Shown piece after piece: positions 14,100-25,058 of a DNA stretch of 64,000 bases. The DNA is from Raillietiella orientalis (lineage: Eukaryota). The position numbers and the translations under genes were made by a program. The stretch covers positions 1-64,000 of the forward strand of contig JAYWIR010000041.1 in NCBI GenBank assembly GCA_036172245.1. Reading direction: 5' to 3'. The notes under the pieces are model-generated. The model saw nothing but the letters and a program-made list of their open reading frames with translations, was not told where the DNA came from and ran no database searches. Every line of letters starts with the position of its first letter. Within the stretch, counting starts at the first letter, position 1.

Positions 14100-15467
14100 T
14101 TCTGCATCCCATCCAGCATGACGATCAAGTCCGTTGAATGCCGGAAGACATTGTGGAAGCGTTCGAACGACAATATCGCTCCCACTTCCGACCTCAAGAC
14201 CTGTGTTCGACGGAACAAGAGGTCTTTTTGCACTATCTTCAGCAAAGACTTGACGTTTAGGAAAAAGAACGTCTCGGAGAGGAAATCTTCATTGAAGAAG
14301 TCAGGGGACTACTAAAGGATGAGGCAGCAGGTCCCCTTATTGTATCTATCTCTTATTATCAGCAGTACCAGCATGCCTACCTACGGCTGTTCCATGAACT
14401 GACACTGCATCCAAAGAGAACAGAAGCTCCCAGCGTCGTTTCACGCAAGTAGGATACGGTTGCTTCCCAAGGGAAGCGATCTAACAAAGGTCACCCAATG
14501 GCGGCCGATCCCCATCCTGAACTCGGACGGCAAGTGGCTACTCAAGTTCTGGACCAACCACACGAGTAGGGTTTTATCATCGATCATCTCTTCAGTGCAG
14601 AAGTGCGCGATGCCGGGACGACGCATTACTGACAACATGAAGTGCGTCCAGAAAACCATCGGGTACAGTCGATACCCGATGGTCAGAGACAACCTGGTGC
14701 TGAGCATCACAGATATGGAGAAGGCATTCGACATCGTGGACCATAGGATTCTGCTGAAAACACCGAATAAACTGAGCTTCCCAAGATACTTTAACCAGTA
14801 TGTGGAGTGGTGGTGTCGCTCGAAAAACAATGCTGCAAGATCACGATAAACGAGCAGGATACAGATGCAATTTGGATGAAGAAGGGAACCTACCAAGGAG
14901 ACGCCCTCCGTCCAATGCTCTTTGTGGTCTACCTGAAGGCTGTGTCATTCCTAATCGACACGGGGCAACCGCTTCCAAGGAATCCAAATAGATGACGACA
15001 GACTGACTCACCTGGCATACGTGGATGATCTTCTGTTCTTCCTGTAGGATGAGAAGGATCAGCGTGCGTTCTTGGATGTAGTTCAGTCTATGAAAAAGAG
15101 TCTGGGACTCAAGATCAATGCCCAGAAATCCCAATTGCTGCGCATCGGAATCTTGGTTCTCTCCATACTAACGGGAAAAGGATTGAGTGGTGGATGAGAT
15201 CAGATACCTAGGAATCCGCATGAGAGAAGCTACTACGTCGCAGATTTTATAGAGAGAAATCCTGGGGAAAACTAGAGAAGAGGTTGCGAAATACACTTGA
15301 ATCGACTTCAGCACGAAGCAGAGTCAACTTGTAGAACGTTTCTTCTCGGGGTTCTCTGCCGAATCAACAAGAAGACTCGAGTGAAAGTCGAACAGATGCA
15401 AAGAAAAATACTCTAGAAGGAATTTAAACCACGGGTATGGCTTCAACTATTGTGCCGCCCTAGAGAA

Positions 15468-15511
15468 GGTCTGTTCCAGTGACTCCCTCTAGGGAGTCAC
15501 TGGAACAGACC
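15468..15511. repeat. Perfect 21-bp-arm palindrome with 2-nt spacer
   Basis: GGTCTGTTCCAGTGACTCCCT-CT-AGGGAGTCACTGGAACAGACC. Confidence 0.97.
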
Positions 15512-16689
15512 GTGGACGTCTTGGACGCGCGACAACTCCTTGAGCCCACCGAGGATTGGTAAAGGTGGCCACCAGTGGATCACAGAGCGTTCTCAAAATG
15601 GTTGAACAACTCAAGTGGTCTAGTGTCAGCTCTAATTGGCAAACCTAGAGAGTGGCTGGATAACGAGCCCACATGTAAAGGGAAGCAGATGCTAGTGAGG
15701 ACTTGCCGTCTCCGGATTTTGCCTCTCAATAAAGAAATCTGGATGGAGGAACGTGCCTCGGTGATTCCTTGCTTCCTTTCCGTTCCACAGGACACATGGC
15801 TCTGGATATTTCGAAAGCCCAGAATGACCATTGGAGAATGCGAACAGTCCGCTACCAGTGGCTCTTTCCACAAAATGAGACCGTATCGCTACCGCAACAA
15901 CTAACGGGACATTACACTAGCAGACACGCGAATCGTTTCACAACTGCGCTTGGTCCGAATAACGAAGAGGAACCTGCGGGAAACCTTTCCCGTTAGACAC
16001 GAAGACGGAGAAGCTCTCCCAGCTCATGGCCGCCAGCCGCTATGGGGACCGCATCGTGAGAGATTGGAGAAACGATCTGAAAGAGTGACCTATCACCGGA
16101 CACCCAGGATGATCTGATGTTCTACCACGGAAGAATCCTTATTGGCTCCAGAACCAAACACTGGATGGGCTATATCCAGGAGGAACTCTGCAGGGCATGT
16201 GAAGCCAAGGAAACAGCCCACGTACTTACTCGACTTGCCCAACGCTGCGATAAGACTGAGCAAGGTTAAAGACGGCGATAGGCCTGCAGATATCCTGGAA
16301 GATGGATATTCTGAACGGACTGTTTGAATGGAACGGCAACAACCCTATGGTATCTACCGCGATTGCCGTCATTATCACGAGTATCGTATAAGAACAAATA
16401 TAAGAAAAACAAAGCAGACTAACGTTTGCCATCGATATTTTGCAAGGAGTAACCAGGAGGGAAATTGGCATTAGGAGCTGAACGAATCCCAGCCTGGCAG
16501 TATCGCTACACCTTGAGAAAGTTTGGCAATGCTGCTAAGGTGAACGGAATGCCTCTAACGCTGTACTGACGAGAACCTAGGAACCTGAACCCCGAAACGA
16601 CTGGAAGTGAAACTTAGTGCATTGACAGTTAAAATGCAAAAACTTGGGCGTTTTAGTGTTATATAAATGTTGGCTCTGTATGCATGTGT

Positions 16690-17167
16690 TTAACCTTTTG
16701 AGTGCTCTGTATGCGTTTTTACTTTATACGCGTGACATAAGTTAGCACTAACAATGTTTGAGATGGACACACCCACTTACGTTCTTATCATTCCCTTAGC
16801 AACGACAGTGAACAAAATTCTGTTTATATGGGCTAACTGTTCTCTTTCAGAGTGTCAGCTCTGAAAAAACGAGAATAGCATAATATTGTAGTTGTGTCGT
16901 ATATAATTTATTATATTGTACCACGCCCAAATTGTATTGATGATTTTATTGGAATTATAATTATTATTTTTAAATAAACAATATGTATTTGGGAAAAATG
17001 AAAATATTTTATTTAATGTGGTGTAAACAAACAATTATCACAGTAACTTTAATCAGCACTTTATAATAATGTCAATCGGTGGCACCTCTGCTAGAGTAAG
17101 CAGTACGCGAAAAAGCATGCCAATGCAGAACGTTTAAATCTGATGAGCTCGGCTTTTAGAGGGTTAA
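16690..17167. mobile_element. Possible degenerate piggyBac-type MITE
   Basis: Bounded by TTAA-CCTTTTGAGTGC... and ...GGCTTTTAGAGGG-TTAA (piggyBac-like CC..GG ends with TTAA on both sides). TIR match is weak. Confidence 0.35.
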
Positions 17168-17889
17168 TAAAATTACCCCACCTCCTGCCGAACTGGAAAA
17201 AGTTCTCCTATTCAGCATACTTTTCCATAGAAATAAGCCTGTAGTTCAGTACCAAATATTTCGTACAAAATACCGTATCTGAGAAGTGCTACTCTTGATT
17301 ACCGAGCCTCTTCATAACTTCCTGCATTCTCTGCGTAGTAGCATGGCACCAATATGGCGTTGCGTTTTTGTTTACTTAGTATTTGTATTCCTTGAACTAC
17401 TTTAAACGTGGCTCCTATATCTGCAGAGAGCTGTCACATTCAAGAGAAAATCTTTTTCCTTTCTAGTTTACGTTCCAGTTCCACCTATTCAAACTGAGTC
17501 TCTATCCTTTTATCGTCTGACTTCTTGTCATGAACAATATGATTAATGTGATTTTAAATTGAGAAATCGTCAAAGAATTAGTAGGGCATCCGATTTCAAT
17601 TTAACATCCCAAAGTAACAAGGATAGGAGCCGTCTAGGAAAAAGTCTGATAAATGGAGGAAATGAATCTTAGTCTACAAGTTTCAGATTGTGAAAGCCCC
17701 TCCGCCCCCTTCGCCCTCAAAAAAGTCTTAGCGTATTTGGCCTCTTCATCATTCTTGATGTCACCATGGTTCAGTGCAAAAAAGAGGGAAATCCTGTTTC
17801 TTTTCTGAGATGCAAATACTTCCTTCTCAGTCATCCACACTTGAACGTTTGCTTATGTATACGTATACTTTACATGCATACGTATACAT

Positions 17890-18480
17890 ACTAGTAGTAA
17901 GCTCGCTTCCTCAGGAGTCTAGCCCTAGACGGGCTCCTGCCATTGGCAAAGTCATGGGACCACTGGGGAGAAACAAGGAAGGAAACAAGGAAGGAAAGAA
18001 ATAGTCATTGGAAGACTCACCAGATTTCAGACCACTCCCGGGTGAGTTAGCTCGAGTTTACTCTGGATGAAGGGTATTCTGGTTGCTAGTTTCTGGACCC
18101 AATTTTGGGTCCTCTTTGTGAGCTAACTGCTAGAACAATGGCCTTGCTGTTCTTCTGTGCATCCTGCGTTCAGTTGCTTCTGTGTTAGCAGACTCACGGG
18201 TTATTCAGGCTAGGAACGTCCACCCAGGGTCAAGTGCAATGCAATCTTGCAGAAACTGTGGGAGCCCTTCGATCGCCTTGCACCGAACACGGATCGAAGG
18301 GACACTTTTTTCCTCATCACGTGAAGTGTCCTTGTACAGAAGGGTTCATTGGACGGAGAGCCACTCAAAGCAAACCCATCTGTTGAGAAGGGAGTCGGAT
18401 TCTTGAATGCTGGAATGGCGAAGGGATTCGTTTCATGATGTACCAGCGCGGGTTTCGAAACTACGGTCTGTCTCCAATGT
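17890..18480 (-). mobile_element. Possible 3' fragment of a non-LTR retrotransposon
   Basis: GC-richer patch. Minus-strand translation across a frameshift gives CPFDPC...E.LPQFLQDC.AL (CCHC-like C-terminal finger). The patch ends in a TAC/TAT-rich simple tract. Confidence 0.3.
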
Positions 18481-19379
18481 CTCCCATTCTCAAATTAATA
18501 AAATAAAAACTGTTTAAGAATAAAGGAATTTGGTTAGTAGAAGGATACCTTCTGATATGGTGCACTAATATTAATTAAACAGTTCAGATGAATCACAGAA
18601 TTCAGAGGAATCACAAACCGATTCCTCGATATAAACATCATCGTACCGTATTCCCTTCTAAAGCACCAACAGACCTTTTCGGAACAAATTCATAGCGATT
18701 TATTCAGCGGATGTACAAGTGCTATTCCTAATAAATCGTCAGATCTATTTTTTTTTGTTTCTTTAGAATACATTACTTTCATCTTTCTAAAGTTTGTCAA
18801 TTACCTTGACAGCTTGAAAATCTCAGGTTCATTTTTCTTTGAATTCAGTGCTCTCTATGGAATTCTGGATCAACTGTTCATCCGCAACTGCTCCTCAGAG
18901 GATTGCAGTCGATGTTAAATGTCCTTGATGTTAAAGTCGCAATTTTTCCTCTTCATTCTTCTCTTTATTCCTCATCTGAAAGCTGAGCTTTAGCTTATCT
19001 CAAAGTCAGAGGAATGCAAGGCAATCAGTTTCTGACACATTAAAGGACAAGGATATAGGAATTTGCAGGATATAGGAACACTTTTCTCTTTCGTAGATTG
19101 TATTCCTCGCCTTTCTCCACTTTCAAAGTTCTACCATATAAACTACATAATATCAGTTCGCCCTTCGCCGTTACTTATCGAAATTCTTGTTTTGCCATCT
19201 TTCCTAAAGGCTTCCACAAGTATTATGAAGACACAGGTTGGGATATTGCAGTGTTCTAGAAAATTGCTCCTTGCTCTTTCTGAAGGCCGATCATCTCTTC
19301 TCGAGCCCAAGTTTCCAATAACATTCGATCCTTGAAACAAGACGACTGACTAGAACTAATAACTGATCTTGATCTGGAC

Positions 19380-21251
19380 CATAGGTTGCCAACCTTATTT
19401 GGCCTACTGCTCCCTTTTCAGATAAAAAATTACTCAGTGCCCCCTGAAAATGTGCCTTCTTACTCACCAATTAACACAAATGATTCCATAGAAATGAAAT
19501 ATAAATAAATGTAAATGGTGAGCATTTTTTTTTTACGATTCCGTTCTGTTTTCGTTAATACTGTAATAAAAAATTTGATAAATATGTCAACTGTACGCTT
19601 CAGAAAGTATTGTACCGACACAAGCCTGCCACAATTTTATTATTAGTAAACACTAGAAGACACAGAAACGTATAGTAGATATGTAAGTGAATGTATGTAT
19701 ATACTCCCTTGTAACTTGCTGTTTCATCAAAACTATTTTAAAGATTAATGCACTTACACTACTTTTAACTGCTTCTCACATAGCTCAGAAACAATCTAAA
19801 TTTGATTTCATAATTTCGCCCATTAATAAAATCGTATTGTAAACAAGTAATTATACGCACTTTCCCCAGTCCGACCGGCAGTGGAGTGAATTTATTCAAA
19901 AAACAACAAACCAACAAACAAGCGCTGTCACTCTGATGATTCGTCGGTCGTTCTTCTTCGTGCGACTGCGGCCCTCGAGGGCAAGTCACTGCACCGTCCT
20001 GGCCGCGCACTGCAGTATTCTTAGGCAGTGCTGGAGGGTCGAATATGGTACCCCCTCGCACGCACGAATGCCGATTTCTTTCATCAAGAGTCCCTGCAGG
20101 ACATCCCGGGCTTTGCAGGCGCGACCCCTCGCCAGCTTCGTCCTCCTGATGAGGATGCTACTCAGAAAGAAGGAGACGATCACCCGCACGGTGGGGTCGT
20201 AGCGGGGAACGCCGTCTTCGCCCTCCAACAGTCCTCGCGGGATGTCCAGATTCGAGGTGCTGTCCAATCCGATGGCTCGCCGCACCGCTTGCCAGTCCCG
20301 GATAAGGGTGCGATAGGTGTCGACATGGAGGTCGTTTTCAGTCGATCCGCGAGCCGGGCACTGGTCGTCTTCGGGGTTCCCGGTCCAGTGTCGGAGTCTT
20401 GTCCTACATAGGCTGCCTCCGTGATCGGGAGGCAACCCTGAACGTCCGGTGGTACAGAGGAACTCCAGAGCACTGTCGCGATGGCCTGTGGGCTGACTGC
20501 CGGTTCGTCGAACCTGCCCCACGTCCTCTCAGCGCCTCCTCTGCGGTGGTTGCGACCGGCATCTGCACGTTGTCGTCTCGGGCGCTCACCTTGGACTATT
20601 GCTCTCCCTGGGCTTGCCAGAGCTCGCGGGTCCAGTAGGTCACCCAGCCTTGCATCGAGCGCTTGTGCACGAGAACTCGCACCACGTGGGTAACTCCGCT
20701 GGTGGGTAGCTGCTCGCAGTCTTTTAGCGTCACTTTGTCTTGTTGGAGGAGTCAAACTTGCGTTTCCCAAGGGACGCTGATGAACCGCGACTGTGACGTC
20801 GACGACTTTCCACTGCCCGGGTTTGCGCGACATGGCGGACATGAGGCCGTCGGTTCCCGTGAGTATCCACGCGTACGCCACAGCAGCATCTGCGGGAATA
20901 TGTGTGTAATCATACGCACATATTTCTGCAGCTGCATGCTGGATCGGATTCCGACAACGCGCGACACGCTCGTCTGTCAACACTTTCTTGATGAGACCTG
21001 TCTGCAGACTGGACCACGCATCGATTACAACTTGGGGGTGTTTATTTGGGAAACAAAGTACCGAATCACTACGACTTCCGATGCTACACAACAGATGAAA
21101 CTTGTACGGACGGTTTTTTAAAATTTTCTCATCTTCGCCTCTTTATTCTTTCATCTCCCCCTTCCCCTTATTTTTATTGAGCGCTCCCCAATTGCACTTG
21201 AGGCTACTTTCACTCCCCTGAATCGTTCCAGTGCCCACTTGGGAAACACTG
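19380..21251. mobile_element. Non-autonomous hAT (Buster/Charlie-type) element with 8-bp TSD
   Basis: Left end CATAGGTTGCCAACC; right end reverse complement CAGTGTTTCCCAAG. Flanks ATCTGGAC (19372-19379) and ATCTAGAC (21252-21259) are 7/8 identical and fit the NTCTAGAN target preference of Charlie/Buster hATs. Confidence 0.85.
19880..21100 (-). mobile_element. 3' part of an L1/Tx1-like ORF2 (post-RT region, zf-RVT) nested in the hAT element
   Basis: GC-rich block. RTRLRHWTGNPEDDQCPARGSTENDLHVDTY...W resembles the zf-RVT CxxC..E..H motif. AATAAA lies on the minus strand near 19891. Confidence 0.7.
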
Positions 21252-24200
21252 ATCTAGACTGTTGAAACACATGCATTTGGTTTCTACAGCTCCTTCTTAA
21301 GTCGCATGGGTACTACGAATTCGTTTCCCTTCAACCTGAAATCGTTTCCTTAAATCTTTTTCTGGAACCTCCCTCTGTTTTTTTTTTTTTTTTTCATATT
21401 CTCAATACAACTTTAGCGAAGGCATTTACGGTTTGTTCCGTCGTTTTGTATCTACACTTCGTTCCTATTTGGAATCTGTTCACAGATCAAGTGTTCCTCC
21501 TTGTTTTACTTTCCTATTCGTTCCCTATTTGGATTTCGTTTGTTTTGAAACTCTTAAGAATGTGCACATCAATTAAACACCATTATCTCATTTGCATTTG
21601 TTTTCGCGTTGTCAGTTCTCTTTCCCTTCCGTTGGCACTGACACTCATGTTCTCACCGTCACTATTGATTAGTATCCAATATTTATAGGGAATATACTGA
21701 GAATCCTTATGAATTATCTTCAGCCGCTCGGAAACTTAAACTTATCGTAAGCATATGTGGCGTTGAGGCAATCAACTTTGACAGCAAAAACTTGGAATGA
21801 GTGGATTGCATTCTGAACTGGAGTACCTGGTTAATGACCTCTTTAGAAATTAAAATGAGCCAGGTCTTTCTTGAAAGTCAAAAATAGGAACCTCTGGGGC
21901 TGAGTAAAGGAGTTGCAGATTAGCATATGCGGAAGTTGCTATGGGATTGTTTCATGCGAGAGATGCATTCCGATCTGGACTTTGCATTATCGAAAAGGAA
22001 AATGGGTCGATCTCTTCGTAAAGTTGCAACAGCAGCAAAACAAATTTTGGATGCTATCTGTATCATTATTTTTTTTTTTTTTTCGAGTTATTACTCTAAG
22101 ATTCTCAGTGTCTTGTCACTTCTTTTTCTGAAACTGTGTGTTAAGCTCTCTAGCTCCTCAAGAATCTCGTGCTTTTAAACGGTGATTTTTTTCTAAAATT
22201 CGTTCCACATTTGAAGAAAATATCAAAAACAGTGCGTTTGGAAAGCTTCAAAGTTTTCATGTCATGAAATAAAAACCTTGCATCTGCTTGAAATTTACGA
22301 TATTTGGTCCTATCGCTTTTATTCGAGTGCTTACTGAATGTTACCAAGCAAAGAAATGCTTCTGTAATTTTGTTCCACGGAAACAAAAGCTTTTAGAGAT
22401 ATGCAAAGTGACATTGTGTTGCAAAATCATCCTTGGTTAACTTGACGATGGAGGCAAGGAAAAAACAGAGTCCTCGCATGTTTTCCTTTTGCGTTTCTGG
22501 TCGTGAAAAGTTTCCGACATGAAACGAGGCGGTTGAAGGATGGATTCAGCCACTCTTTGACAAAACTGATTTTCGATTCCCGCTCCGTGTTTCGCTTCGA
22601 TTGAGCTCATTTTCTCATCTCCCCAGCCTACTATACTATATTATGAGTTCCTTTTACAATGAACCGCTGGAATGCTCCATTATCATTACTATTTGAACCT
22701 AGATTTGCAGACTTTTGAATATTTTTCGAGGTTGACAGAAAGAAGAACTTGCTTATATCGAGATTTGTTGGAGATTTTGCTTCCGTACCTCCTTGGTGCT
22801 TTTTTCAATTGAAAAAATAATTCAAAACTATCTACTGCAATCATCAAAGCAGTTTCGTGCAGATCCGCGTGTCAAGTTAAACTCTTAATGATTAAGAAAC
22901 CGAATAAGGGAAACTGTTCATAACATCATCAATTCTTAGCATTCTCTTCTCTCATATTATCATTTTGAATGAATCTTTTGGATCATTTGGACTTAGCCAT
23001 AGCCAAAGATATTGGCGAAACCTCCTGCTTCACCGCTAGTACCTTTTCTAGCATTGTATATTAAGATTAGATATCGATGCTGCTGTTCTTTTCGCACTTG
23101 TCATTTGACTCAAAGTTTACGTGAGAATACATTGGTTGACTTAAATTACAGATGTTATTAGCGAAGTGCTGAGACCAAGTGAACCGTCATTCCCCTGCAG
23201 CATCACTGTCTTTTTCAGATAAACATCCTGAAGAACTGAAGTCGAGTTTTAAACGAGTTTCCTATTCTGCGATTAATCGTTTACACCTCTTATGCTGAAT
23301 AATTTAAAGCGGCAAGAAGAGTGATATTGACTATATCTTGATTGCTTTTGGATAGAGGATAACAGAGAGGTCCGAAAGGAAGAAACCTGCTTCGGTTAAT
23401 GCTCTCTCGAGATGTCTGGAGATGTGAAAACGAATAACGTAGATGAAAATCAGTCTTGAGATGCATCATGAACTTTCGAAGTGACATATCTCCTGCTTCA
23501 CCGAGCGCGCTTTCTTGACATACTCCTGAGCAGTGAACAGAATAATCTTCATGTTAGCATTAGCAGGTACCGAGTTTCTCCTTCAATAGTGCAAAGGCTG
23601 CATAGCTCGCCTTAGGTTTCCTTGATTGCAATCTAGTAGACGCTTGCGGACCCCTGTATGCTACTGACTTGCATACCTTATCATGTGGTAACGCTTGTGC
23701 ATCAAACTTGGTACAGAAAACTAAGCGAACCAAGTGATCCGGTCCAAAGAACCGTTCCGAATTTGTGAATTTTCAAAGTTCACTGTTTCCAAACAATTTT
23801 TACACATCAAACTATGGCACGAAGTTCATGGTTTTGCTTAACTGATTCCTAATGCCACATGCTCACAGGATGCACGTCCACTTGTGGCACTAAGAATCCG
23901 AAAAATCTTTTCGAGGTTTCAACATGCAAACGTAGAAGGAGGAGGGACAAATGGGAGGGGAAGCATCCAGAAAATTTCTGCTGTCCTCAGGAATATGAGA
24001 GAAGTGAGCAAACCACGTTCATGTTAAGCGTACATGCGGAGGTGACTGTTGTTTATGTATAGATACGCATGTCTCAAGAATACCGAGTCTGATTCCCATT
24101 TACTATTCAAGGTAAAGGCAATCCTTCAAAAGCATTTTTGTTGATAACTGAGAGAAAAAAAGAAGTTGGCGATTTCCACAAAGGGGGCAAATATAACGAA

Positions 24201-25058
24201 CCCCGTAACAGCAAGAAATTCAACGCATACACGGGAAACTGCTTTCGCACTGTACTTTCCTGATGTAGCCATTTGAATTGCATACTTTGTAACTGAAGAT
24301 TCGTGATGGGATTATAGCTACAGGCGTACCCAAACAAAGATTGTTTGCTTTGGTGTCACGGTTTCTATGCTTATTAGGAAACGAAGCACAATCGTGTGTT
24401 TGGACACCAATCTTTCCAACACTATTTATGTTTATCTTTTTAAAAACTCCGAATATCAAAACTAAGAAATTAATAGCGTGCTTTAGATTTCATCCCAAGA
24501 CTTCCTTTTTGTGATGCATGAGCAATCTATTGAGCAACGTTACGAAACTCCATTTGGTTACTCAAGTCGCGGGTCACGTGGTCATAATCGGATATCGAAG
24601 ACGATGGCTGCGAAGACGAGAAGAATTCGTAATCGAAAACATTCACGCAAAAACTTTGGACTATATTCAACAACGTGCAATTAGAAAATAAGAAGGTCCT
24701 TCTGGAGGATGAATCATGGATTTGGAATCCTTTCTGTAGCTGAAATTATTAGCTCTCCGCAGTGCTTTGGCATGATGAAACGAAACTAGCTCAATCTCCC
24801 TCAGCACTTGCTTATTCAGTAAAGCGTTTCAGTAAAGTTATCTACTGCTAGCAGTAAAACCTAGAAAAAAAATACACGCTTGTTTGAAAGGAATGTGAAG
24901 TCGCTTGTGTTTGGAATTTCAAGGCTAAAAACTACCCCACGAAAAGTTTGGGACAACTTTATTTTCCATGATGTTATTCGAGTTCGCGTTGTTCCTTTTT
25001 TTTTTTAAAGTCAGTCACTGAATACCATCATACTAAAGTCACATTCAGAACTGTATAT

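Larger units (their letters stand above)
11860..16690 (+). mobile_element. Near full-length decayed L1/Tx1-like non-LTR retrotransposon (ORF1 + ORF2 APE-RT)
   Basis: Degenerate ORF1 at about 11870-13050. ORF2 from 13056 has AP endonuclease motifs KIASWDVNGL, LQETH, GGVAILVKN, LILVNVYRP, IIILGDLS, then RT motifs QWRPIPILNSDGK, DMEKAFDIVDHRIL, GTYQGDALRPMLFVVYL and HLAYVDDLLF. Many stops and frameshifts; ends approximate. Confidence 0.9.

Noticed and set aside
16560..16612. CTGACGAG...CGAAAC hammerhead-like words in the LINE 3' region
   Set aside because: No convincing stem II or stem I/III pairing.
20180..21091. 303-aa ORF as a novel gene
   Set aside because: It wanders across frames of a GC-rich frameshifted LINE ORF2 fragment; there is no independent gene signal.
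23022..23503. 14-bp direct repeat CTCCTGCTTCACCG 468 bp apart
   Set aside because: Similarity does not extend convincingly and no element is bracketed.
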